Origin: Octopus sinensis
Lineage: Eukaryota
DNA: 64,000 nucleotides
Reading direction: 5' to 3'
Assembly: GCF_006345805.1 (NCBI RefSeq)
Contig: NC_042999.1
Location: 103,912,001 to 103,976,000, forward strand
Of the stretch, positions 36,941-49,320 are shown in pieces (positions within the stretch are counted from its first letter, which is position 1; each line of letters begins with the position of its first letter). The notes under the pieces were generated by a model. The model made no database searches and was not told the origin of the DNA. It saw only the letters and a program-made list of their open reading frames with translations. The position numbers and the translations under genes were made by a program.

Positions 36941-38243
36941 CCATAAAAACCCATGTAATTTGCGCACCTGTGTAATTTACACAGGTGATTTTCAGGATAA
37001 AAATTATTTAAAAAAACTTCTACTCATATAAAATTTGCACCCAAAAGTTTTCAGAATTGCCGATATGGCCAGGGAGGAAAAAGGTTTTCAATTTAGTTGT
37101 ATATAGCATAATTTCACTTACTTATGATTAGATTTTATTAAATTTTCATTAAATAAAAATAATTTCTGTTTAACAGGTATCACATTGAAAGCTGTTAAAT
37201 TACAAAATGTTTGTGTTGTTTATAATAAACTTTATTTTACATTTCTTGCCCACAAGAGATTATATCCGATTCTTAGCATACATCTGTATGTCTTCTCAAA
37301 TCACTATCACAGGAAAAGTTGTTGATAAGTCTTATCAACAAAATCAAAGCTGATAAATACGCACAAGTGTTGCAAAATAAGTTTAATTACCAATAAATAT
37401 CAGTTTGGATGACACTTTACTCAACCGACAAAAGAAGGTGACCAATCAAACTGATTATGTAAACAGAATTCTGATTGGTCGAAAGTGTCTTCTTTGTCTC
37501 CAGCTCTGACTTTCTGCCTATTCAAAATTTTGATCCCTTTCACACTTATAAAATGTCAAGCAAACTTTGTCATTAGTATTTTAGCTGGGAGACTAAACCG
37601 ATAGTTTGGTAACCCACTAAAATAAACATTAAAAATTGAAAGGAGAAAATAAACAGCTTTTGCAACTTTAACTCAGTGTTTATTGAACAAGATAGGTCCA
37701 AAATTTAAGAAGCAAGTTGTTAGAATATACATGTCTGTGAACAGACGTAAACAAGAATAGCAAAAATCTACTATACCAAAAGAACTGGTAATACATACAA
37801 GTGTCCTATGAAGAGGACATAAGATTGTTGCCTAATTCAACATGAATGTGAAACAACTTTAAACATCATATAAGGTAAATGAAGGTTTCTGTAGGAACAT
37901 TAAGTCATATTCACTTACTGAGTTTACATGAACAAGGATGAATTATGATGATGTTGGCAGCATTAGATGCAGTAAAATATAGCCTGGACCATGGATATCA
38001 GTATGAATGTCAAACTTTGAAAAGTAGTTAACCATTTAATGGTTTTCGTAAATTTATACAGAAAAGTAAGCATTATACTGTCCAGCATAAATAAAAGTCA
38101 ACTTCCATTACGAATGCTTACATTTGTACGTCATTTTTCAACAAAAACATTTCTGGAAACAATCTACTCATGTAACTTATGCACCCACTAAAGTTTATAT
38201 TTGTCTTTGCGAAAAAGTGTGTAAATTACATGGGTTTTTACAG
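36941..38243. mobile_element. pogo/Tc1-mariner-like DNA transposon, non-autonomous (1.3 kb)
   Basis: 27-bp TIRs ccataaaaacccatgtaatttgcgcac / rc ctgtaaaaacccatgtaatttacacac (23/27), flanked by TA at 36939-36940 and 38244-38245; no intact ORF. Confidence 0.75.
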
Positions 38244-38794
38244 TAACAACTTGATGTACAACCCAGTTTACATATGCTTCAGAAAGGAAGCATCAGTTGA
38301 GTACAGAGCAGTGATGCTTTTTCATTCATATATATATATATATATATATGCATTCTTTATACTGATCTAATTCCGAAACGCATACATGGGTAATCAAATA
38401 CCGATTGATTTTTGTTGTTTTCCCTCTCTGCCTGCATGGATTGTTTTCAAGTACTTTGTTTTTACCAGGAGTCCCTTTTTAAAGCAGAGGAAATAGCTAA
38501 GGTTTTGGGGCTGCTATTTCTAAACTTCGGTATGTGGTAAAGCAAATCTTTGCTGAACCCTAATTATAAAGTGTATATATATATATATGCATGATTGTAA
38601 TTCTTTTCCCTAGTGAACTGCACTTCAGATTCAAGGTTTTGATGAAGATATAAGGTGTTATTCAAGCACTCAACTATGAGTCCACTGCATCTTCTAGCAA
38701 AAACAGCCGTAAGCTAATGATGTTCATAAGATAATAATTTATCCTTTTGTCATCTTTTCTTCTTATACATACTACATACATACACACACGCATA

Positions 38795-38976
38795 TGTATG
38801 TATGTGTCTATATATATATATTCAACAGGCTTCCATCACCAAAAAAAGAAAGTCAATCACAAGGTTTTGTCCAGCCTGGGGCTATAGTAGCAGACAGTTG
38901 CCGAAGGTGCCACACAGTGGGATTGAACCCAAGACCACATGGTTGGGAAACAAGCATCTTACTACACAGCCATGCC
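38795..38976 (-). mobile_element. SINE-A 5' half
   Basis: rc head through 'aaggtgccacacagtgggattgaaccc...cacagccatgcctg'. Confidence 0.7.
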
Positions 38977-39504
38977 TGATTATTTGAAACGAAAAATTGT
39001 TTGAAACAAATGGACAATTTTGGGAGATTTTAGGCGTTTCCATATTTTATCAGAAACAGTGTCACAAACAGGCCAAACTCAGTAAAATGTGTCAAGTGAT
39101 AATTCTCATTGCTAATGTTGTTGAACAAGTTTCCTATTACACAAATTCTTTAGAAGAATAGGACAAGGGCACACGGCCTTGACTGTTCCAGAAGACATTT
39201 GTGAGTATTGCAGATCACAGAGAATGATAATTTTGATTAATTTACAAAGCATTACTTAGAAAAAAAATCACATTTTTTTTTTCTTTTCAGAATTAGAGAA
39301 ATGTATTTCATTGTAAGTGAATAATGTTGTTTGTATGTATATAAACAAATACAAAAACATTTCACTAAACCCTGGAATTTCTACCTTTATAAGTAGGCCG
39401 TAACATCCTTAGTACTTATGTGAATTTTTTGCTACCCTAGTAACTATTTATTTATTTTTTCCGTGTTATTTGCACACATTGAAAAAATACACATACATTT
39501 ATAT

Positions 39505-39686
39505 ATATATATGTAAAAAGCACCCACAACACTCATGGAGTGGTTGGCATTAGGAAAGGCATCCAGCTGTAGAAACACTGCCAGATCAGACTGGAGCCTG
39601 GTGCAGCCTCCTGGCTTCCCAGACCCTGGTCGAACTGTCCAACCCATGCTAGCATGGAAAATGGATGTTAAACGATGATGATGATA
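39505..39686 (+). mobile_element. RTE-derived element (family D) 3' part
   Basis: 'ttggcattaggaaaggcatccagctgtagaaac...ccatgctagcatggaaaatggatgttaaacgatgatgatg'. Confidence 0.85.
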
Positions 39687-39692
39687 TGCATA

Positions 39693-39727
<35 letters not shown>

Positions 39728-39856
39728 GTTTAGGACAATCAATAAGTTGCATTATAGTTTCAAAATGTTTGTTTAATTTGTTTAGTGTTTATGTGTGTGC
39801 CTGAACATGTCTGTGTTACACATGGACGGACGGACGGACGGACGGGCAGACAGACT

Positions 39857-39890
<34 letters not shown>

Positions 39891-40233
39891 TGCATGTGTA
39901 TGTATACACACACGTGTGCATGAGTCTGGTTCCACATGTTATCACATTTACACTGCTTGGCTAGCAGAGGTGTTTGTTTCTGTCCTACCCAGCAGCTCAA
40001 TCGCCAGACACCACTGGAATGAAGTACCTTACTTGAAATTAAGTCATAACTGACATCAAGAAAGGCAACTGACCAGAGACTAGTGTTCCCAAGAAGTTTC
40101 ACTGAACCCACACCAACATGGAAAAAGTAAATGTAAAAGTAATAATGATGTGAATAAGAAGAGGTGGGAATTTGCAATATACCAATCAATTACATGTATA
40201 TTAATTTATTACTCCCCTTCGTAAATATATAAG

Positions 40234-40378
40234 GACACAGTAAGTGTGTCGAAGCCAACAGGAAGCGTCGATGCTTCCTAGGGCTAAACAGCGGTGGTGT
40301 AACCCCCTACTGTCACGTTAAGTTGACAGTATACAACCATTATATCGCCCTACCACCGTACATATCTCTATGAGATAT
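40234..40378. ncRNA. Unassigned structured element (4 hairpins + pseudoknot)
   Basis: Stems gacaca/tgtgtc, aggaagc/gcttcct, tactgtca/tgacagta and atatctc/gagatat; crossing pairs agggc/gccct and cggtggt/accaccg; CpGs retained; single copy in the window. Confidence 0.35.
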
Positions 40379-41520
40379 TTAGAAATTTAATGTTTCTGAA
40401 TTAATTACACGCTAAAGTTTTACTGTTGCTACACTAAATTTCATGACACTTGGTGTTCTATTTCCTCTTCTCTCCCTCTCTTTCTCGTGTGTGTGTGTGT
40501 GTGTGCGAGAGATCTGGGTTGGGGCATACCTATATTGTTAAAATAGTTAGAACATCATCTAGAAGTACTATTTACATAAGATGAATAGATTAATATAAAT
40601 TTTACTTTACATAAATTATATATACAACTGATATTTCAGTGCACTAAATAAATAAATATAAATGTTTCAATGTCAATTTACAAAACTTCAAATATTCTTC
40701 TGATTTCATTTATGTCACTTAAGATTGTTGATATACCATCTTAGCCATCTTTAACACACTTTTGTAAGAATAAAAAAACCTATAAACAGGCTTTGCTTGC
40801 ATATATAATGTTGATAGTACACATCGAGTGTATATGAGAGGGGGGAGGACTCATTGAAATCACCATCCAAATGTCAAGATGTAGAATAAATGACAATGAT
40901 AATTTTTTTTTCCATTTTTTTCCCCTTCCAATTAGTTTTCATGTTTCCCACCACCACCACCACTCTACCTGGTTAAATAGATGTTTGTGTGCAATTAAAA
41001 TAGAGAACAGTCTAGAAGTACTTCATTTTTTTTTTTATTATAAAGTCAATGAATTAACAAAGCCTTATAGTATGGTTTTGTCAAACAATTTAAGTGGAGT
41101 GGGAGCCCTAAGCAGTGACGTGTATGTTTGAACTGGCATATTTGATGTGTATATTTGAACACTGAATTTAAGAAGCCTGCTATATTAAAGGGAGAGCATG
41201 AAAAACCTCATGGTCAACGTAACTCACAAAATTTGATTCCGTAAAAGCCACAAAAATACAATTAACACTTTAACAAGTAGTAATAAAGGGTTAAATGACA
41301 TAATAACAATAATTGTACAAAATTTAATGATGATAATTCAATAACATCCTATTTTCACAAGCAACTTTTTATAGTGTACACTAATCATGCTGTTAATGTG
41401 ATATAGCAATATGGTGCTATTGATTGAACCATAAACTCAACATTTATGCCATACAGCCACTGAGCTGTGCTCCTGATAATGACTCAGTCCTTTGATATAT
41501 CAACATACATGACTTCTTCC

Positions 41521-41709
41521 TTAATGCTTTAGCATTTAAACAGACCAGATCCAGCCTCTCATGCCTATCCTACAATGTCATTCTAAAATAAAACAATTAA
41601 ATTATCAAAATATTGACACTCCAAGATAAAGCATGATTAATTAAAAACAATATGGATAAATAAGCATTACATTTGACAAATTAATCTAATCTGCATGCTA
41701 GCAGGTTAA
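41521..41709. mobile_element. piggyBac-like MITE family E
   Basis: TTAA at both ends; family-E body. Confidence 0.75.
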
Positions 41710-42255
41710 GGGATTAACAATGGTATAGCAAGTCAAAACACATTTGCTTCAATATTAAAATAACTAAGATCCATGAATACCATTTGTTCATATTTATTAC
41801 TTGCAAGGCCAGTAAAGTTATTGGAATGAAGAAATGGATGTAAGACAGTAAATACATATATTAAAATATAATGAAAACAAGTCTTTCTTTAATTAACTTA
41901 CATAAAACCTTGGGAAATTAAAGAACAAAATCCTGTTTAAGTGCTAAACTTGGTGTCCAGTTATTATCTATTAGTATATGGGTTTCTCAATAACTAAAAT
42001 ACTGTGGGAGCCTGAATGAAAACCCTCCCATATATATTGTCATAAAAAAACATAAGTAAAGCTCATTTATCCTAGCCTATTTACCAAACAAAAGAGCCAC
42101 AAATACAATCATTCAAATACAAATACAAACATAATTCAAATCAGCCATTCCCAACCCTTTTTGCACCATGGACCACTTTCATGCAGCACAAATTTTTCAT
42201 AGATATGAGCACAAGAAAAACACAAAGTGCATATATAATTTAATTATTACAAATA

Positions 42256-42363
42256 TCAGACTGGAGCCTGGAGCGGCGCCTGGCTTCCCAGACCCCGGTC
42301 AAACCGTCCAACCCGTGCTAGCGCGGAAAACGGACGTTAAACGATGATGATGATGATGATGAT
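42256..42363 (+). mobile_element. Young 5'-truncated family-D 3' end
   Basis: 'cagactggagcc...gctagcgcggaaaacggacgttaaacgatgatgatg', CpG-intact. Confidence 0.85.
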
Positions 42364-42499
42364 AATGCAAATGCACTTATTACATTGTATATATGCACTT
42401 ATTGCTACTATTATTACATTGTAAATATATATATATATATATATAAAGTACCATATTCATCTGAATCTAAATTTTTGCTGAACTTATATAGATATATAA

Positions 42500-42870
42500 C
42501 TAGCAATATCGCCCGGCGTTGCTCGGGTTTGTAAGGGAAATAACTATATAAGCATTTTTAGAGATGTAAAGTATAATAGCCATCTCAATATGGCTAACCA
42601 CAAAGGGAGGGGGTGTTACTGTAGCTTTTTACGTTCTGAGATTTAATAATAAATTTTTAGAGAATGGCAAAAATGCATTAAAAATGGGAAAAATTGATGG
42701 TAAATTTTTTTTTAAATTGTAGACGCGCGCTAATACCCAGAAGGGCTCGATATGAATCACGACTATAAGATACCCGGTTTTGGTTAAACTGCACCGCAAA
42801 ATGTGGGAGTAGTTAGGAATCTAAATCGTAGGAGACAGACAGCACACAACCTTACTTTTATATATAAAGA
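42500..42870 (-). mobile_element. Non-autonomous Helitron, copy 1
   Basis: Minus strand: 5'-TC, 3' hairpin CCCG-AGCAACGC-CGGG then 8 nt then CTAG, followed by host T. Confidence 0.85.
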
Positions 42871-43376
42871 CTAGCAGTATCGCCCGGCGTTGCTCGGGTT
42901 TGTAAGGGAAATAACTATATAAGCATTTTTAGAGAGTTACTTCCCTTATAAATTCGGGCTTTCTTAGCCATTTTTGTTTTGGTGTCTTCAAGCCGTGAAG
43001 TCGTTATTCTAAAAGAACGCTGGTTTCCTTCACAACGCATTACGACGTTGATTTCTTTACACTCCCTTCCCCACAGCTTCACGAGGGAGGGAAGGGGGAG
43101 AAGCAAACAGGTGCAGCTGTGAGCGTGGACGCCAACTCCGCCGCCATCGACACACGATGCACTTTATGCATTAAAATGGAATAAAAAATGATGTTAAATT
43201 ATTTTTAAAATCGTAGACTCATCGTTGACGCGCGCTAATAGTCAGATGGGCTTGACATGAATCACGACTATAAGATACCCGAATTTGGTTAAATTGCACC
43301 GCAAAATGTGGGAGGAGTTAGGAATCTAAATCGAAGGGGACAGACACTCACACAACTAGAGTTTTATATATATAGA
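42871..43376 (-). mobile_element. Non-autonomous Helitron, copy 2 (longer variant), directly abutting copy 1
   Basis: Host A|TC at 43377/43376; same 3' hairpin + CTAG (42871-42874); shares both ends with copy 1 but has a different middle. Confidence 0.85.
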
Positions 43377-43380
43377 TATA

Positions 43381-43590
43381 AGGTAGAGAGCTGGCAGAAT
43401 CATTAGCATGACAGGCAAAATGCTTAGCAGAATTTTGTCTATCCTTACATTCTGAGTTCAAATTCTACCAAGGTCGACTTTGCCTTTCATCGTGTTAAGG
43501 CCAATAAAATAAGTACCAGTTGAACACTGGGATCCATGTAATCAACTTACCTGCTCCCCCAAAACTGCTGACCTTGTGCCAAAATTTTAT
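43381..43590 (+). mobile_element. SINE family B
   Basis: 'gagctggcagaatcattagc...gagttcaaattc...gcctttcatc...aataagtaccag'. Confidence 0.8.
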
Positions 43591-44191
43591 ATATATATAT
43601 ATTAGGTAGTGGGGGCTCCGAAAGGGATCTCAGGGAGTAGCATCCCTGCCTTCCTGAGCTAGTTTTCCACTACATTTCTTAAAACTCATGGTAGAGGCTT
43701 TGGTCTCAGGAACACTCATGTCTAGAAACTGAGGTTGGAGGTAGTAAGCAAGGGCATGATCCCCATTGAAAACCCAGCTCAAAAAAAGCCTCATGATAGC
43801 TAAGGAGAGTGGGCATCAACCAGCCCAAAGATTGGGCTGGGCTGCACCTGCCTACCTCGGTTGCTATGGCATTGAGGTAGATCTGGCCTCCATCTGGTGA
43901 GAGATAAATATTTTTTATTTAAAAGACACATCACATGTCTTTAAGTGCTACTAATAGTTTCATATGTTGAGAAATATCTCTAGCATATTTATCAGGCACA
44001 AATCACATGGTTTGTGCTAGCTGAATATGTTTGAGAACAGGATTTTGTTCTTTAATTTCCCAAGGCTTTATGTATGTTAATTAAAGAAAGACTTCATTAT
44101 ATTTTAATATATGTTTTTACTGTTTTACATCCATATCTATTAGTAGCACTTAAAGACATGTATTGTGTCCTTTAAATAAATAATATATATA

Positions 44192-44231
<40 letters not shown>

Positions 44232-44584
44232 CAACTCAGAATTTAAAAGTTTATTCTTTGTGAGGCTGTTTTGGTCTGCAGCTCAACAGTTTGGGGACCC
44301 TTGACTAAACACACACCCTGCAGAAACACAGAAGACAGGATTATATACTCTGGAAAAATTAAGATAATAAATATGGTATGGCATTCCAGGATTAGCATTT
44401 ATTGTAGGTTTGTTCATTCAAGATTATCAGGAGCTAAACAACAATCTTATGTTAACCAAGTGAAAACAGGGAAGTTGATAGCAAAAAAAAAAAAAAGCTT
44501 TCAATCAATTTCTTCCTTTAGCAATACAAATAAGGTTGTTGTTGTTGTTGCTAATAATAATAATAATAATGGTGGTGGTGGTGG

Positions 44585-44619
<35 letters not shown>

Positions 44620-44969
44620 TAATCTATGGAATGAGCTGAGTAGAAATTAAACCTGTTTAAGTGAATTTTTGTCAAAATAATAGGGTAAGATTAAACAAGT
44701 AGGTAAATAGCAGTTCAAGTATTTTAATTCTTCTCAGTTACTATACAAAAACAAGAAGCCTTGATTGCTTTCCAATAATTTGTGTTGGAAAAAGCTGCTG
44801 ACTATAAAACAAATGCTCCAACAATTCATAGAAATATCATCACTTTAAAGCTAAAAGAAATTACTACAATTACTACATTAGCTTAAGTTATTTCTCATGA
44901 ATAAAAACAGCTAACAGACTTGAAGTGGGCCTCCTCTTCCTCCTGCAACAACAAAATCACACAAACATG

Positions 44970-45460
44970 AGCTACTATTCCTCCAACGAAAGCCAACATA
45001 TTTGAGCTTCTCTTCCTCCAATGAAGAAACTTGAGCTACTCCTCATCCAATGACAAGCGTATATGAACTTGAGCTGGTTTTAAACAAAAGCCAATATATT
45101 TGAGCTTCTCTTCCTCCGATGAGGGTATATAAACTTGAGCTACTTCTCACCCAATGACAAGAGCATATGAACTTGAGCTGCTCTTAAACAAAAGCCAACA
45201 TATTTGAGCTTCTTCTCCTCCTCCTCCTCTGCCACCAACAAAAACATATAAACACGAGTTACTCCTCCTCCAGTGACAAGAACATATGAACTTGAGCTGC
45301 TCTTTCTCAAAGAAAAGCCAACATATTTGAGCTTCTTCTCTTCTTCCAACAAGGGCATACAAACTTGAGCTCTTCCTCATCAAATGATCAACAAATGAAC
45401 TTGAGTTACTCCTCTTTCTCCACCAACAGCCAAAAGACTTGAACTTAACCTCTTCAAACA
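44970..45460. repeat. Minisatellite of ttgagct-cored monomers with a trimeric ~100-bp higher-order unit
   Basis: ttgagct or variant at 45002, 45031, 45069, 45100, 45135, 45173, 45204, 45254, 45292, 45327, 45365, 45401 and 45439. Confidence 0.85.
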
Positions 45461-46371
45461 ACAACAGACCTAAGCTAGCAATCCTCCAACAAGAACAAAA
45501 GTAAAGGTAAACAACACTGATAACAATGAAAAGCAACAAAATAATAGTATTTATTTAAGAATGATTTTGTGTATTTTACTTTGAAAAAAATTCTAATTCC
45601 TATTTATTCATTATCTTCCTCTCATATAATTAATGAGATAAGTCGACTCTTAACTCGATTAAGTGTCGCTTTACCTTTGATAAGTAAATTTTTTTCAACA
45701 TGTAAAGATTAATGAATATAGTTAATAATACAGCTGCTGCACAAGCAGATGGTCATGATGATGATGATGAGTAATCCCAATTATTTCAGCATGTTCTGAC
45801 CCATGGCACAAAGGTTACTTAATTATTTAGGGAAGGAAGGAGCTATGATCCAGTATGCCAGTTATGTGAGGATTTTTTTGTTGTTTTGTTTTGTTTTGGG
45901 GCACTAATGGACAGTCTAGTGTCTGGCTTGCTTGTTTGGTTTTTTGAGTGATGTCTTTTTTTTTTTTAGGAAGGTGCTTTTCTTCTTTTAATCCCTTTGT
46001 CATTCTCAGGAGAAGGAGTAATATTCATAGCCCAAATGTATTTTGAAAAACAATATTCCTAGTGTAAGGGATAAAGCTAACTGGATTTGATAGATTAGAT
46101 TAATATAGTTTATTATTGATGGAAATGAGGCAGTAACTTGAGACAATGCAGTCCTGGGTAAGATAGCAAAGGATTTAGAAGATGGTGGAGGGAAATGAAA
46201 CGGGAGAAAGGAAGAGGGGGATTCAAAGGAGCAACAAGTAGGTTTAGATGGAGAAGAATCATATAAAGTTGATAGAAAGTTTTTGTTGTTGTTTAGCCCC
46301 AAGTTAATCCTGACTGCTGTGAGCATCTGTAACATTTCCTGTGACCATTCTACATTTTTAGAGGGTATATA

Positions 46372-46781
46372 GGTGCAGGAGTGGCTGTGTGGTAAGTAGC
46401 TTGCTTACCAACCAACTGGTTCCGGGTTCAGTCCCATTTCCCAAGGTGCCACTGCGTGGCACCTTGGGCAAGTGTCTTCTACTATAGCCTCAGGCCGACC
46501 AAAACCTTGTGAGTAGATTTGGTAGACAGAAACTGAAAGAAGCCCGTCATATATATGTATATATATGTGTGTGTGTATGTATGTTTCTGTGTCTGTTTGT
46601 CACCTCAACATCGCTTGACAATCGATGCTGGTGTGTTTACGTCCCCTTAACTTAGCAGTTCAACAAAGGAGACCGATAGAATAAGTACTAGGCTTACAAA
46701 GAATAAATCCTGGGGTTGATTTGCTCGACTAAAGGTGGTGCTCCAGCATGACCACAGTCAAATGACTGAAACAAGTAAAAG
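46372..46781 (+). mobile_element. SINE-A, young full-length copy
   Basis: Complete head/body/tail; possible TSD gtatat. Confidence 0.9.
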
Positions 46782-47003
46782 TGTATATTGAACTATATTG
46801 GCCAAATGTGTTCTTATCTCTTTTTTAAGATAGTATAGTCTGTGTGAAAGTGATTTGAGAAAGGTACTGGTGGTTGTGATGGTAGCAGCAGCAGCAACAG
46901 TAAAAATGACAGATTGACACAAACTGTCATTTACTCAGAAGATGTTGTTGCAGTTGTTTAGCCATCTTTGGTTAACCCATCAATACATCACCATCATTTT
47001 ACT

Positions 47004-47233
47004 TTAATCCTTTCGTTACCGTATTTATTTTGAGATGCTCTGTGTTTCATTTAATTAATTTTAAATATAACAAAGACTTTAATAAAAGAACTTGGTTATC
47101 ATTAAGCTAGTGTTGGGAACATAAATTGTGACTAAGGTTTGGTGGAAGATTTTAATTCAATACTTATGAAAGTAAGACATTTGTACTACAGGGCTAGAGG
47201 CGGTTTTGGCCGGGTTGGTATCAAAAGGGTTAA
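47004..47233. mobile_element. piggyBac-like MITE family F, complete
   Basis: TTAA-tcctttcgttacc ... ggtatcaaaaggg-TTAA. Confidence 0.85.
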
Positions 47234-47544
47234 CCAGGTGATGGATTAAGGCTATCATCCAAGTAGGCCATAACAAGATTTGAACTCAAAATCCAAAGAG
47301 CAATAACAAATACCACAAGAAATCCACTCTGATATTCCTGCAGTTCTGCCAATCTGCCACCTCAGATTGACACTTTTTTTTTACCTCCATCATTACTTCT
47401 ACCTCCACCACAAACACACACACCTGAAAATATGAAAGGCAAAGTTGACCCCAGTGGGATTCGGACTCAGAGAGCAGAAAGCTGAAAAGAAAATACTGCA
47501 AGTTCTTCACTCTAACAACTCTTGTCAATTTGTTGCTTGTTAGA

Positions 47545-47830
47545 TATTAGGGTATGATCTGAGGAAGATCATACAACTACAAGCAGGTTGAGTAACTTGC
47601 ACGGAGCCTCTCTCATTGGCCCAACTTGATTAATAAAGTTGTTGAAGTTTGATTAATTAGATGCTTCTTTTCTTCTTGAGTCATCTTTGATCAAAAAGAC
47701 CTATGAAAACCTTTCCAGCAGTGATTGATCATTCCATCTTATTTTTGGACACTGTAAATCAAGAGCTACACTATACAATGTGCTTTTCCTCATTTAAGAT
47801 GGCCTAGCAACCATGCAGAGATGCTTTTGT
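47545..47830 (-). repeat. Two tandem family-G copies (decayed)
   Basis: rc 'ggccaatgagagaggctccgtgcaagttactcaacctgct' preceded by another G tail. Confidence 0.55.
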
Positions 47831-47918
47831 TGTCTTGTGTTTGATTATTCATATACATAATGGTTGCAAGTCATAGAAGTGTAAAGAAGTTCAATAATGT
47901 AAGGTAATACATGCAACT

Positions 47919-48131
47919 TTAACCCTTCAGCATTCAGATTACTCTGAAATATAATGCTTATTTATTCACATTGTTTTGAATCAATCAAGCATTATCTTAT
48001 AGCTTTAAGATTTTCATATGGTAACAATCTTTTATAATGACATTGTATGGTTGGCGTGGGAGGCCAGTTTGAACACAAAACAGGTGAAATATTTAGGCCA
48101 GATATGGCCAGTTTAAATGCTAAAATGTTAA
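47919..48131. mobile_element. piggyBac-like MITE family E, complete
   Basis: TTAA-cccttcagcatt ... aaatgctaaaatg-TTAA. Confidence 0.85.
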
Positions 48132-48710
48132 ACAGAAAAGTGAATGATTGTTGAAGGATCTCTGACATTTACCCTCGAGTCTATGTTTTACTTAAAAGTC
48201 AGACTATAATTGCCTTTATTAAAGTGTTAAATTAATAACCCAGAGAAGCTATTGAGTTAATTATGCAATAAACTGCATCCATAGGCTCCTGTGTGATGAA
48301 CATATTTAATGTACTAAGTCTGCAATGTTAGGCTTCACTGCTGACTAGACGAGGCTGAACTATATAAGTTGAGACTGCACTTATAGAGAGATAAGACAAT
48401 GATTGCTGCCTTAGATTATTTAAGAAGGTTATAAAAATACTTCATGAAAGGTAATTAAAAAAAAACTGTCAGACTTAAGCCAGCCATAAACCCACCCCTG
48501 GCTTCCCCAATAAATTTGTTTTTATAAGCTCATTAATTTGTGTTAATAAAATATGATGTCATAGCTTTTAATATTGGATAACATACTTTTATAACAAGGT
48601 TGTTATTGTTTAGCCCCCTATTCAGCCTTAATTGAGCAAATCCATGACTAAGGGCATTCTACCGATGATTATCCTGTCATTTTACATGTTAGGGACACCA
48701 CCATCTAATA

Positions 48711-49035
48711 CAGTTCTCAACCAGAATTTTTATGGCCCCTGAGGGACAATATAAAAATGGGGGGGGGGTCCACATTGGGGATCCACAAGAGTATTTTAAG
48801 GGCCCTTGAAAAAATTTTGCTCTGGATGTATGTATTGCAAGAAAAAGCTAGGTTTCTTTCTCTAACATTTTACATAGTTCAACCTAAACAAGTTAATGTA
48901 TGGAAAACGAGATAAGAATTTTGAAAGAAGTTTCTATAAAACTAGTTCTTAAACATTGAATATTGGGGGGGGGGGTCCATCAGAATAAAATTGTAATCAA
49001 AGGGGTCCATAGATAAAAAAGAATGGTTGAGAACC
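48711..49035. mobile_element. hAT-like MITE
   Basis: Ends cagttctcaacc / ggttgagaacccctg; body shared with 58290-58994. Confidence 0.7.
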
Positions 49036-49089
49036 CCTGATCCCAAATTTTAAGCCCCAAAAATTAGGGGGTTCCTCATACACGTTAAA

Positions 49090-49320
49090 ATACGGTATAC
49101 AGCATCCACTTTCCCATGCTTGTATGGGTCAGAGTTAATTTGATGCAAATTTTCTATGGTTGAATACCCTTCCTATCACCAACCCTCACCCGTTTCCAGG
49201 CAAGATAATATTTCCCCATGGCCAGGCATGTTCTCGCAGAATATTGGAAATGAGTGATATTGTTTGTATGACAGTGACACACATTTACAACACACAATGT
49301 CAAAACAAGATACACACATA
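49090..49320 (-). mobile_element. SINE family H
   Basis: rc of the family-H body. Confidence 0.7.

Noticed and set aside
40279-40365. Assignment of the structured element to pistol, twister, HDV, H/ACA snoRNA or telomerase RNA
   Set aside because: Lacks pistol P1/P3 and AAGCG, twister core, HDV L3/J4/2, an H box with correct ACA spacing, and an exact CUAACCCUAA template.
43603-43675. Nested hairpins at a probable RTE 5' UTR fragment
   Set aside because: Purely nested stems without the HDV double pseudoknot.
44970-45460. CRISPR-like periodicity (also the 181-bp array at 32605)
   Set aside because: Eukaryotic context, no identical repeats with unique spacers, no cas genes.
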